Below are positions 40,584-50,427 of a DNA stretch of 64,000 nt, in pieces. A model generated the notes under the pieces. The model saw only the letters and a list, made by a program, of their open reading frames with translations. It was not told where the DNA came from and ran no database searches. This stretch comes from Gammaproteobacteria bacterium (GTDB lineage Bacteria; Pseudomonadota; Gammaproteobacteria; Eutrophobiales; Eutrophobiaceae). Within the stretch, counting starts at the first letter, position 1. Every line of letters begins with the position of its first letter. The stretch covers positions 2,176,001 through 2,240,000 of the forward strand of contig OZ244905.1 of the NCBI GenBank assembly GCA_965221695.1, read 5' to 3'. The position numbers and the translations under genes are program-made.

Positions 40584-40877
40584 ATGCAAATTAACCTTTC
40601 CGGCCATCACTTGGATATCACCCCGGCCTTGCGATCCTATGTGGCGACAAAACTGAAGCGCATAGAGCGCCATTTTGATCACGTCATTACCGTACACATA
40701 ATCTTGTCGGTTGAGAAGGAACGAAAAAAGGCCGAGGCAACGATACATGTAAATCGCGGCAACCTGTTTGCCGATGCCGAACACAATGACATGTATGCGG
40801 CCATTGACAGGTTGATTGACAAGCTCGACCGGCAGGTAAAGAAACACAAGGAAAAATTGTCCGACCACCGTAGTTGA
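40584..40877 (+). CDS. hpf: Ribosome hibernation promoting factor
   Basis: MQINLSGHHLDITPALR, DMYAAID.L.DKL.RQ; SD GGAGG upstream. Confidence 0.96.
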   Translation: MQINLSGHHLDITPALRSYVATKLKRIERHFDHVITVHIILSVEKERKKAEATIHVNRGNLFADAEHNDMYAAIDRLIDKLDRQVKKHKEKLSDHRS

Positions 40878-40899
40878 TCACCTTCGTTCTGTAGCTTCA

Positions 40900-41361
40900 A
40901 TGGAAATATCAGACATTCTGACGCGCGAACACATTCTGTGTAATGCTGAACTGTCCAGCAAGAAGGCTGTGCTGGAGACCCTTGCGCTCCTGCTGGCTGA
41001 CGGCGCCGGCAACCGCGCCACCGGGCAACAGGTTTTCAACTGCTTGTTATCCCGAGAACGTCTGGGCGGGACCGGTCTGGGCAACGGTATTGCTCTACCT
41101 CATGGTCGGTTGAAGAACAACTTTTCCACGACCGCCGCATTTATCAAACTGAAGCAGGGCGTGGATTACGATGCCATTGACCGCCAGCCGGTTGACCTGG
41201 TATTTGCCCTGCTGGCGCCGGAAGACTCGACCGAGGAACATTTACAGATCCTGGCAAAACTTGCTGAGATGTTTGCCAGTCCTGAATTCTTGACGCGGTT
41301 GAGGAGGCAAAAATCTGAAGAAGCGATTTACCAACTGCTTACGGACAGCAAAGTTTGCTGA
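40900..41361 (+). CDS. ptsN: PTS EIIA-Ntr
   Basis: RERLGGTGLGNGIALPHGR, D.QPVDL.FAL, HLQILA. Confidence 0.95.
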   Translation: MEISDILTREHILCNAELSSKKAVLETLALLLADGAGNRATGQQVFNCLLSRERLGGTGLGNGIALPHGRLKNNFSTTAAFIKLKQGVDYDAIDRQPVDLVFALLAPEDSTEEHLQILAKLAEMFASPEFLTRLRRQKSEEAIYQLLTDSKVC

Positions 41362-41624
41362 AAAAAAACCTCATCATTATTAATAAGTTGGGATTGCATG
41401 CCCGCGCCGCAGCCCGGTTTGTGGAAACTGCGGCCGGGTATGAATCAGACATCAGGGTTAAATCGGGAGCGAAAACCGTCGATGGAAAAAGTATTATGGG
41501 ACTGATGATGCTGGCCGCAGCAAAAGGGGCGGAATTGGAATTGACCGTTTATGGCAAAGATGAGGAGGCGGCGCTCGGAGCGCTGGCGAGACTGATCGAA
41601 AACCGCTTCGAGGAAGAGATATGA
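41355..41624 (+). CDS. HPr/NPr phosphocarrier
   Basis: INKLGLHARAA, GKSIMGLMML; TTG start. Confidence 0.94.
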   Translation: MLKKNLIIINKLGLHARAAARFVETAAGYESDIRVKSGAKTVDGKSIMGLMMLAAAKGAELELTVYGKDEEAALGALARLIENRFEEEI

Positions 41625-43351
41625 CCCTGTCACTGCACGGTATGGGGGTTTCCAGGGGGATTGCCATAGGGCGCGCGCACATCATTGAGCGCGGCCGGCT
41701 AGACATTCCAGAATACCATATTGCAACAGATCAGACAGAAATGGAAACCCGGCGTCTAGTTGACGCAGTATCCCTCGCCAAACAGCAGTTGCGGGCAATC
41801 CGGGATCATATCCCTGCAGCCACTTCCCCGGATATTGCCCCCTTCATAGACACGCACTTGTTGATGCTTGATGATGCAGTCCTGACCCAAGAACCGTTGC
41901 GCCTGATCAGATCCGCTGGGCATAACGCAGAGTGGGCGCTGCAATTACAGCGTGACGCGTTGGCGCGTGTATTTGATGAAATGGAAGATCCTTATCTACG
42001 CACTCGCAAAAACGATATCGACCACGTGGTAAATCGAATTCAGAGGATACTGCTGAAACAAAAACCGTTGCGCCACGAAGAACCTGACAACCGCATGGGC
42101 GGGTATGTGTTGATCGCCGATGACCTGACGCCCGCCGATACAGTGCTGATGCAACATCACGGCATTCTCGCATTTGTGACGGAATTCGGCGGTCCGACAT
42201 CCCATACCGCGATCCTGGCCAGAAGTCTGAACATTCCCGCCATCGTCGGCCTGCGTAACGGTGGGCGACTGGCTCGAGAAGATGACATCGTCGTCGTAGA
42301 TGGCAATGCCGGCGTTATGCTGATTGACCCGGATGAACGCGGCCTTCGGCATTACCGGAAGCGGCAACAGCAAGACAGGGAATACTACGCCGGGCTGATC
42401 CGGTTGAAAGAGGCGCCGGCGAAGACCCTGGACAAGGTCCTGATCCGATTACAGGCAAATGTCGAATTGCCTCAGGATTTTGAGATCGTCAGGCAGGTGG
42501 GAGCCAGCGGAATTGGATTGTACCGCACCGAATTCCTGTATATGAACAGGGAAGGCCCTCCTGAAGAGGAAGAACACTACGAGACCTACCTGTCGGCGCT
42601 TGGCGCCGTGGAAGGATTACCGCTGACGATACGCACTGTGGACCTCGGCGCAGACAAACAGGTGGATGGCGGCAGGCAGGGAGGCGTCAATCAGGCGAAT
42701 CCAGCCTTGGGATTGCGTGCAGTGCGATTGTGCCTGAAGGAGCCGGCCTTATTCCGACCGCAATTGCGCGCGATCCTGCGGGCCTCCGCCCACGGCAGGA
42801 TCCGTTTGATGATCCCGATGCTTTCCAACATACAGGAAACCCGGCAAGTCCTGCAGATGATTGATGAGATCAAGACCGAGTTACTCAACCAGGGCGAAGA
42901 GTTTGACGAGGCGATTCCTGTAGGCGCCATGATCGAAGTGCCGGCAGCCGCCATTTGCGCGGACATCTTTTCCGGGCAACTGGATTTTCTGTCCATTGGC
43001 ACGAACGACCTGATCCAGTACACCATCGCCATCGATCGCGTGGACGATGAAGTAAGTTATCTCTACGAACCCCTGCATCCGGCGGTGCTGCGGCTGATAC
43101 GGATGACTATTGACGCCGGCGCCAAGGCGAACATCCCGGTCGCCATGTGTGGAGAAATGGCGGGGGATATCAAGTTTACCCAGTTGCTGCTTGGCCTGGG
43201 CTTGCGAGAGTTCAGTGTGCACCCGGCTTCTCTGCTGGAAGTTAAAAAAAATATTCTGGAGAGCAACTTGGCCACACTCGACAGCGTCGCAGAGCGCGCT
43301 TTACAGGCCAGCACAGCCGCAGACGTAGAAAAGCTACTGGAACAAATGTGA
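41621..43351 (+). CDS. ptsI: PEP-protein phosphotransferase (enzyme I, no GAF domain)
   Basis: GGPTSHTAILARS, GIGLYRTEF, NPALGLR, SIGTNDLIQY, MCGEMAG. Confidence 0.95.
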   Translation: MTLSLHGMGVSRGIAIGRAHIIERGRLDIPEYHIATDQTEMETRRLVDAVSLAKQQLRAIRDHIPAATSPDIAPFIDTHLLMLDDAVLTQEPLRLIRSAGHNAEWALQLQRDALARVFDEMEDPYLRTRKNDIDHVVNRIQRILLKQKPLRHEEPDNRMGGYVLIADDLTPADTVLMQHHGILAFVTEFGGPTSHTAILARSLNIPAIVGLRNGGRLAREDDIVVVDGNAGVMLIDPDERGLRHYRKRQQQDREYYAGLIRLKEAPAKTLDKVLIRLQANVELPQDFEIVRQVGASGIGLYRTEFLYMNREGPPEEEEHYETYLSALGAVEGLPLTIRTVDLGADKQVDGGRQGGVNQANPALGLRAVRLCLKEPALFRPQLRAILRASAHGRIRLMIPMLSNIQETRQVLQMIDEIKTELLNQGEEFDEAIPVGAMIEVPAAAICADIFSGQLDFLSIGTNDLIQYTIAIDRVDDEVSYLYEPLHPAVLRLIRMTIDAGAKANIPVAMCGEMAGDIKFTQLLLGLGLREFSVHPASLLEVKKNILESNLATLDSVAERALQASTAADVEKLLEQM

Positions 43352-43382
43352 GTTTAATCCGTCTGGTGTAATATCGGGAACC

Positions 43383-44717
43383 ATGCGAGAGTTAACCCAA
43401 GAAGAAGCGCTGTTTCAGTGTCTGGAGGAAGGAAATTTTGACCAAGTCAGGTCAATGCTGGAACCTTTCCATCCCTCCGAGATAGCCGACCTGCTGGAGA
43501 GTCTGCCCGGGCGCCACCGGAAAACGCTTTGGGAACTCATTGATCCGGAAGTCGAAGGCGATGTGCTGACTGAGGTCCAGGATGTGGTGCGTGCCGGTCT
43601 GCTGGAACGGATGCAGCCCCGGGAAGTGGCGGAGGTGACCCAGGGACTGGATACGGATGACGCCGCGGACATATTGCAGGACCTGCCTGAGGAATTGGTG
43701 GACAGCGTCCTGTTGTCCATGGATGCGCAGAACCGCGAACGGATCGCTTCGCTGCTATCCTACCCGGAAGATACCGCGGGCGGTCTGATGGATACGGATG
43801 TGGTATGGGTGCGCGCGGACGTGTCCCTGGATGTGGTCGCCCGTTATCTTCGGCAACTGGGCGAGCTCCCGGATCATACCGATAGTCTGATTGTCGTGGA
43901 TCGGGAAAACTGTTACCTGGGCGCGCTGCTGTTGGCGGATGTGCTGGTAAACAACTCGGAAGACAGTGTCGGCGAACACATGTCTGAAGCTGTCGGTATT
44001 CCCGCGGACATGCCGGCGGAAGACGTCGCTCGGCTGTTCGAGCAACGCGACCTGATCTCCGCGGCAGTGCTGGATGAAAACGGGAAATTGCTCGGCAGGA
44101 TTACTGTTGATGACGTCCTGGATGTGATCCAGGAACAGGCGGAACAAACCATGCGCAACATGGCCGGCCTGGGCGAAGACGACCTGTTTGCCTCGGTCCT
44201 GCTCAGCGCCCGCCGCCGCGCTGTCTGGTTGGGCATCAGCCTGCTCAGCGTGTTTCTCGCTGCCTGGGTGATCGGCCGTTTCGAGGCCACCATCCACGAG
44301 CTGGTGGCGCTGGCCATACTCATGCCCATCGTTGCCGGCATGGGCGGCAGCGCCGGCAGCCAGGCGCTGACCGTCTCGGTGCGCGGCCTGGCGCTGGGCC
44401 AGATTTCCAGGCAGAACGCCCGATCACTGATTGTCAAGGAATGCGCAGTCGGGTTATTCAACGGCGCGCTATGGGCCTTGGTGGTCGGATTGGTCGCCAC
44501 ATTCTGGTTCAGCAACCAGGGCCTGGGGCTGATCATAGGGCTGGCGATGATCATCAACCTGATCTGCGCGGCGCTGGCAGGCTCGATGATTCCGCTGGTG
44601 CTGAAAAAATTCGGGGTCGACCCGGCCATCGCCGGCGGGGTGATGCTGAGTACCGTGACCGACGTGGTAGGTTTCATGACCTTCCTGGGTCTGGCCACTA
44701 TCTTTCTGTTGCCCTAA
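43383..44717 (+). CDS. mgtE: Magnesium transporter MgtE
   Basis: YPEDTAGGLM, CBS pair, MPIVAGMGG.AG.Q, DPAIAGG..L.T.TDV. Confidence 0.96.
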   Translation: MRELTQEEALFQCLEEGNFDQVRSMLEPFHPSEIADLLESLPGRHRKTLWELIDPEVEGDVLTEVQDVVRAGLLERMQPREVAEVTQGLDTDDAADILQDLPEELVDSVLLSMDAQNRERIASLLSYPEDTAGGLMDTDVVWVRADVSLDVVARYLRQLGELPDHTDSLIVVDRENCYLGALLLADVLVNNSEDSVGEHMSEAVGIPADMPAEDVARLFEQRDLISAAVLDENGKLLGRITVDDVLDVIQEQAEQTMRNMAGLGEDDLFASVLLSARRRAVWLGISLLSVFLAAWVIGRFEATIHELVALAILMPIVAGMGGSAGSQALTVSVRGLALGQISRQNARSLIVKECAVGLFNGALWALVVGLVATFWFSNQGLGLIIGLAMIINLICAALAGSMIPLVLKKFGVDPAIAGGVMLSTVTDVVGFMTFLGLATIFLLP

Positions 44718-44834
44718 TCCTTTGTAAAAAATTCCGGGTATTGCTTTGTTGTGGGCAATCGTGGCAGTATTCATCGTGAATGCCTGTGATCAGGACCGCC
44801 TGCAGCGCGGTCCAAACAACCCTGGTGAACCCGA

Positions 44835-45755
44835 ATGAAACATATCCCACTCTCGCGGCGCCAATTCATCACCCATACCTGTGCCGCGCCCGTTGCGCTC
44901 GCTGTTATGCCCCGAATGTTGTCTGCGAACAGCGGTGACGTGATCAAGCGCGTTATCCCGTCCAGCGGCGAGGGACTCTCGATCATGGGAATGGGCACTT
45001 ACAGTACTTTTTCCGAGGCCACGCCGATGCAGCAGCTTGGCGAGGTGTTGCAGGTGTTTTTCGACCAGGGCGGTCAAATGATCGATTCGTCGCCGATGTA
45101 CGGCCCGGCGGAGGGTATCGTCGGCGAACTGCTGAAAACCACGCAAAATACCACGGGGCTGTTTGCGGCCACAAAAGTCTGGACCGACGGATGCCAAGCG
45201 GGCATCGACCAGATGAACGAGTCCATGGAGCTGATGGGGGCGCCGACCATGGACCTGATGCAGATCCACAACCTGCGCGACTGGAAAGTCCACCTCAAGA
45301 CCCTGAAGGAGTGGAAGGAGCAGGGGCGCGTCCGTTACCTGGGCATTACCACCTCGCACGGCCGTTTTCACGAGGAACTGGAAGCCATTATGAAAACGGA
45401 GCCGCTGGATTTCGTCCAACTGACTTACAACGCCGCCAACAGGGCCACGGATGCGCGCTTGCTGCCGTTGGCCCGGGACAGGGGCATCGCCACGATCATC
45501 AATCGCCCCTACCAGGGGGGGAGCCTGTTCAGAAAGGTCAAGGGAAAACCCCTACCGGACTGGGCGGGTGAGATCGATTGCGCAAGCTGGGGGCAGTTCT
45601 TCCTCAAATTCATTGCCGGCCATCCGGCCGTGACCTGCATCATTCCGGCCACCTCCAAGGTCAAACACATGCGGGACAATATGGCCGCCGGCAAGGGCCG
45701 GACACCGGATGCGGCGCAACGCCGGCGCATGATCGACTATTTGGAGGCGTTGTAA
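44835..45755 (+). CDS. Aldo/keto reductase with Tat signal
   Basis: SRRQF twin-arginine motif; IDSSPMYG, DLMQIHNL, IPATSK..HM.DN. Confidence 0.9.
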   Translation: MKHIPLSRRQFITHTCAAPVALAVMPRMLSANSGDVIKRVIPSSGEGLSIMGMGTYSTFSEATPMQQLGEVLQVFFDQGGQMIDSSPMYGPAEGIVGELLKTTQNTTGLFAATKVWTDGCQAGIDQMNESMELMGAPTMDLMQIHNLRDWKVHLKTLKEWKEQGRVRYLGITTSHGRFHEELEAIMKTEPLDFVQLTYNAANRATDARLLPLARDRGIATIINRPYQGGSLFRKVKGKPLPDWAGEIDCASWGQFFLKFIAGHPAVTCIIPATSKVKHMRDNMAAGKGRTPDAAQRRRMIDYLEAL

Positions 45756-45970
45756 TCCTTCAACCCGGCTGACCCTCGTGCGGTCTGGCGGCGGAAGGAC
45801 TTTCCAAAATAAACGTGCTTGAAGCGCCGGATGCGGCGTTTCGGGCGCGATTCAGTGCCAGTAAAAACGAACAAATCATGTTTAATCAATATGTTACAAT
45901 TTATTGTTGACAATATTTCTCATGTTGTAGTATGCTTATATGACTATCATTGGCGTGGTGTGTGTAAATT

Positions 45971-48900
45971 ATGTTGCCAAAAGCGCTTTCCTCGAAAAGT
46001 GTGGCGACTCGGTTTTCGGCTAAGAGCAGCCATACCGAGCGCAACGCCGGACAGACTGAAGGCCCGATGCCGCATCAGGCAGCGTTGGCGCCGTTGGGTC
46101 AACGGCACGAATCTTTCAATCGCTGCCGGAATGCGGGCTTTCAAATCGAGTACGCGCGCGGTTCGTCTCGGCGCGGGATCAAGCGCCTCCTGATTCTTGT
46201 GATTTGCCTGGCAGTCGGTCTGCCGTCACCGGCGCGGGCGGCGGCGCCGGTAGTGGCTGATGCTATCGCGGACCAGACGCTGGCCCAGGGCGCCAGCATG
46301 GCGGTGGATATTTCCTCGGTGTTCAACGACCCGGACGGCGACACGCTGACTTATACGGTGTCTACGAGCGCGGCAAACACGGCCAAGGTGTCGCTGTCGG
46401 GGACGACGTTGACAGTGGAGGCGCAGGGTGTCACGGCGACGGCGACCGTGACGGTGGCGGCGGCGGATCCGGGCGGGCAGTCGGTTTCGGATTCGTTCAA
46501 CGTCACGGTCGTCCGCAGAACCCGGACAACTGCGCCGTCGAATGTGCGCCTCACGGCCGGTGATGACCTGCCCCAACTCACGGTATCCTGGGACTGGGTT
46601 GACGACACCGGCGGGATATGCCTGCTCACCGGAAGCCGATCGGCTTTCGAGGTTGAGTACAAGAAATCGACGGAACCGGAATTTCTGCAAGCCTATAGAG
46701 GGCTTCAGAACAACGCTGATCGTGGCACGTTCGAGCTGTGGGGCAACGGCGCGCTGAGACAGTTCGTCATCAAGGAGGGAGCCATAGGAAACAGGAGCGA
46801 GCAGACCGGGGTCGCGCTAGACCGCGTCTTATACGATGTTCGGGTTCAGGCCTATAGCGAGCCTTGTGAAAACGGCCGGTTACTCGAACCCAATAGTGTC
46901 TATAGCGAAACGGTAAGCGCGACACTCAACCGTGCGCCGGCGGTGGCCAACGGCATCGCCGATCAGACGGTGAGCATGGGGTCGGCGGTGACGGTGGAGT
47001 TGGAAGCGACCGGCAGCGACGTGTTTGCGGATGCCGATGGCGATGCGCTGTCATATGAAGCAAGTTCGGACGACCTGTCGAAGGTGACTGTGTCGCTGTC
47101 GGGCTCAACCGTGACCTTGACGGGGGTTACGGTGGGGACCGCGACGGTGACGGTGACGGCTGCCGACGGTAAGGACGGCCAGGTCTCCGACGAGTTTACC
47201 GTCACGGTGACGCCACCCCCACCGTTGCCAAACAGGCTGCCGTTCCTGCTCACACCGGTCGGCGATCAGACGCTGGAGGTGAATGAGAGTCGGACACTGG
47301 CGTTTTCGGATATATTTGACGATCCGGACCAGGATGTGCTGATCTACTCGGCGGCAACAGATGAATCCTCTGTTGTCGCAGTGAGTATGGACGATGCGGC
47401 AGCTCGCTTGACCTTGACCGGTATGTCGGTTGGCGCGGCAGATGTGACTGTGACCGCGTCTGACGGGCGCGGTGGCACGGCAAGCGACCAGTTCACGGTA
47501 ACGGTAGAGCAGCCGAACGAGACGCCGACCGAGACGCCGAAAGAGGCGTTGAATCATGCGCCGGAAGTGGCGGCGCCGCTGTCTGACCAGACACTTGACG
47601 TGGCGCAGACCCGGCAGCTTGATCTGAGCGCTGTGTTCACCGATGCGGACGGTGATGAGTTGACATGTACGGTTGAGTCCGCCGATACCTCCGTTGTCAC
47701 GGTGGCGTTGGCAGGCGCTACCCTGACACTGTCCGGCGCGTCAGCCGGCGCAACGGCTGTGACGGTGACCGCGTCTGACGGACATGGGGCCACGGCGGAT
47801 GACACCTTCAGAGTGACGGTGGTGGCGTTGAATCATGCGCCGGCAGTGGCGACGCCGTTGTCTGACCAGGCGCTTGAGTTAGCGCAGACCCGGCAGGTTG
47901 ATATTAGCGCCGCGTTCACCGATGCGGATGATGATGCGTTGAACTATACAGCTACGTTGGGTGATGAGTCTATCGCCACCGCGACGCTGGTGAATGCCGC
48001 CCTGACCCTGACCGGCGCCGGAGTCGGAGAGACAATGGTGACCGTGACCGCAACCGATGGAACAGGCGGCGCAGCAAGCGATGACTTCATGTTGGTCGTC
48101 ACCGCGCCGGCTATTGCGATTGATACCCCGCAGGTGGCCGGGGTACATGAGGCGTTGCTGCCGCAGCTTACATTGGCCATCGCCGGTCGCACGACACAAG
48201 CGCTTGGCGACCGCATCCGATCGGCGCGCGCCGCCGCATATTCTGGACCTGCCAACGCATCGGCGCGCGGAAGCGCGACTGATTCACGGCCGGCCGAACC
48301 TGAGCTGTTGTCGATTAATTCAGCATTTTCGTCATTGCCCGACAGCGTTGCGCCAGGGCGCGACCCGCGGACTTTCACGCTGCCGTTGATAGGCCTGATG
48401 CCAGGAGCTGGCCAGGCTGGCGGAGAGGTTTTGTTGTCTGCGGCTGGCGTGCAGTTGGTACAGGCAGATGCTGCGCTCGGGCGCGCCCCGGGGACTGTTA
48501 TGCTGCCGTTGTTGCGCGTGATGCAGGAGCCTGGCCAGGTTGGCGCAAAAGGTTTGCAGCCGGCGCCCGGCCGGCAGTTGCTCGCTGCAGCAGAGCAAGA
48601 CGGCATTGGATATGCTTCGCTGCCGGTTGCCGGCTTTGAGGTCTTCGATGCGCCGCGCGGCTGGGACGCCCAGCAGTTGCTGACGCTACGGCAGTTGCTG
48701 AGACGGGGTCTGAATGATCTGTCGTTTGCGTTGCCGCTGAGTAGCCTGGCCGGGTCGGAGGGCGGCTCCGTGGGGCAGACGTTGACCCTGTGGGGTGAAG
48801 GCGGGTACACCGACTTGTCGGCTCGGGGCGACCGTTTGGTGGACTGGGACGGCGAGATGGCAAGCGCGCACCTGGGGATAGACGGATGGTTGCGCGAGGG

Positions 48901-49912
48901 ACTGTTGCTGGGAGCAGCGTTGTCGAGGACGGAGGGCTGGTTTGACTATGTTGACCGGAGCGCCGGCGGCCGGCCACTCGCGGGCGAGTACGAGATCAGT
49001 CTGACAGGTGTTCACCCCTATGCGGACTGGGCGGTCGCGGACGGACTGAATGCCTGGGGGGCATTGAGTTATGGGCTGGGGGACGTGACCCTGAAGGTGG
49101 ATGAGGAAGAGTACCGGGAGGAGAAGGATGTGGACTTGTATGGGTTCTCAGCGGGGATGGTCGGTTCTTTGTATCGCGGGGACGCATGGTCGACCGCGGT
49201 AAAGGCGGAGGTCACGTACGCAGGGTTGTCTGTAGAAGAATTTTCGGATGCGGAGGTATACCGCCTGCGCGCGATTCTGGAAGGCGTTCACCGCGTGCGC
49301 GGCGCCGCGGGTGAATTTGAACAGTTTGTTGAGTTGGGGGCGCGGGTAGACGGTGGCGATGTGGTATCCGGGGCGGGGCTGGATGTTGCCGGCGGCCTGG
49401 GCTGGTCAAACGAGACCGGATGGCGTGTGCAGTTACGCGGGTCCGGGCTGGTGGCGAATGAGGATTACCGGGAATGGCAGGTAGGCGGAATGTTGGAGAA
49501 AACATACCGTGCGGACGGAACGGGGTGGATGTTGAAGTTGAGTCCGAATTACCGGCCGGCGAGGAGTTTTGGCGGTATGGAGGAGGGTACGCGGCGGTTA
49601 TGGGAGGCAAACGTGGCGGGGTTGGCGCGTGACGCGAACGGCGACGAACTGGGCGGTTACCGCTTGAGCGCCGAGGCGGAGTTGGGGTATGGGCTGATTG
49701 TCGGGAACCAGTTGTGGACCTTGTACACCCAGGGCACGGGCCTGGGCGAGGGGGCAGGTCGTTTTGCGGTGGGCGCGGAGACGACCGGCCGGCTGGGAGA
49801 AGAGACGTTGTTGAAGGTGGGTTTTGAGGGGGCGCGCGAGTCGTCCAAGCATCTGTCAGCAGAGCACATGCTGTGGATGTACCTGGAGCTGGGTTATTGG
49901 GGATATTGGTAG
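45971..49912 (+). CDS. Autotransporter adhesin with five ~95-aa cadherin/Ig-like repeats and one Fn3-like insert (start uncertain)
   Basis: Repeats N.AP.V...L.DQTL...F.D.DGD.L.Y...TVTA.DG.GG...D.F.VTV; C-terminal beta-barrel (WGEGGY..L, HPY..W) ending in aromatic W. Confidence 0.85.
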   Translation: MLPKALSSKSVATRFSAKSSHTERNAGQTEGPMPHQAALAPLGQRHESFNRCRNAGFQIEYARGSSRRGIKRLLILVICLAVGLPSPARAAAPVVADAIADQTLAQGASMAVDISSVFNDPDGDTLTYTVSTSAANTAKVSLSGTTLTVEAQGVTATATVTVAAADPGGQSVSDSFNVTVVRRTRTTAPSNVRLTAGDDLPQLTVSWDWVDDTGGICLLTGSRSAFEVEYKKSTEPEFLQAYRGLQNNADRGTFELWGNGALRQFVIKEGAIGNRSEQTGVALDRVLYDVRVQAYSEPCENGRLLEPNSVYSETVSATLNRAPAVANGIADQTVSMGSAVTVELEATGSDVFADADGDALSYEASSDDLSKVTVSLSGSTVTLTGVTVGTATVTVTAADGKDGQVSDEFTVTVTPPPPLPNRLPFLLTPVGDQTLEVNESRTLAFSDIFDDPDQDVLIYSAATDESSVVAVSMDDAAARLTLTGMSVGAADVTVTASDGRGGTASDQFTVTVEQPNETPTETPKEALNHAPEVAAPLSDQTLDVAQTRQLDLSAVFTDADGDELTCTVESADTSVVTVALAGATLTLSGASAGATAVTVTASDGHGATADDTFRVTVVALNHAPAVATPLSDQALELAQTRQVDISAAFTDADDDALNYTATLGDESIATATLVNAALTLTGAGVGETMVTVTATDGTGGAASDDFMLVVTAPAIAIDTPQVAGVHEALLPQLTLAIAGRTTQALGDRIRSARAAAYSGPANASARGSATDSRPAEPELLSINSAFSSLPDSVAPGRDPRTFTLPLIGLMPGAGQAGGEVLLSAAGVQLVQADAALGRAPGTVMLPLLRVMQEPGQVGAKGLQPAPGRQLLAAAEQDGIGYASLPVAGFEVFDAPRGWDAQQLLTLRQLLRRGLNDLSFALPLSSLAGSEGGSVGQTLTLWGEGGYTDLSARGDRLVDWDGEMASAHLGIDGWLREGLLLGAALSRTEGWFDYVDRSAGGRPLAGEYEISLTGVHPYADWAVADGLNAWGALSYGLGDVTLKVDEEEYREEKDVDLYGFSAGMVGSLYRGDAWSTAVKAEVTYAGLSVEEFSDAEVYRLRAILEGVHRVRGAAGEFEQFVELGARVDGGDVVSGAGLDVAGGLGWSNETGWRVQLRGSGLVANEDYREWQVGGMLEKTYRADGTGWMLKLSPNYRPARSFGGMEEGTRRLWEANVAGLARDANGDELGGYRLSAEAELGYGLIVGNQLWTLYTQGTGLGEGAGRFAVGAETTGRLGEETLLKVGFEGARESSKHLSAEHMLWMYLELGYWGYW

Positions 49913-49935
49913 AAGCCGGCTGCTGAAGAGACCGC

Positions 49936-50280
49936 TCACCAACTGAACAAGACCCACTGCGGGACCACAAAATCATCGTAGATTTCGCTCATCCGCGTTT
50001 CCATCTGACCGTCACCGTCACGATCCACCAGGTAATACGCAGGGCCTGCTGCAGGCGTGATTTTGGTCATGTAAAGCCGCCCATCAAGGCGGTACTCTTC
50101 AATGATAGCGTCATCCTTACGGATGATGGTCACCTGCGGTTCGATTGCCTGGCCGCTCTTTAACGGGTCCGGTATGGTCGGTGGTTCAGGCACCGGCGCA
50201 AGATCCTCTTCCGTATACTCCTCTTGGGCAGAAACGGCGATCAAGCTCGCGCAGAATAATAAAGAGATAAGATATTTCAT
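49936..50280 (-). CDS. DUF2782 family protein
   Basis: EPQVTI, IEEYR..G.LYM.K.TP..GP.YYL.D.DGDG, VPQWVLFSW; divergent from polA. Confidence 0.88.
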   Translation of the reverse strand: MKYLISLLFCASLIAVSAQEEYTEEDLAPVPEPPTIPDPLKSGQAIEPQVTIIRKDDAIIEEYRLDGRLYMTKITPAAGPAYYLVDRDGDGQMETRMSEIYDDFVVPQWVLFSW

Positions 50281-50379
50281 CGGTAGTATTCGTTTTGTTC
50301 CCTCAAATCATAGCCCAAGATGAAAAAAAGTACAGCGAATATTGGCAAGGTTCAATCTGTGTTTCATAATATGGCTTGA

Positions 50380-50408
50380 AGGAACCGCTGACCCTGTCAG
50401 GGTTTTCC
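50380..50408. repeat. Degenerate IS5-like MITE remnant, copy 6
   Basis: AGGAACCGCTGACCCTGTCAGGGTTTTCC in the polA leader. Confidence 0.4.
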
Positions 50409-50427
50409 GATATTATTTTGCTCGCCT

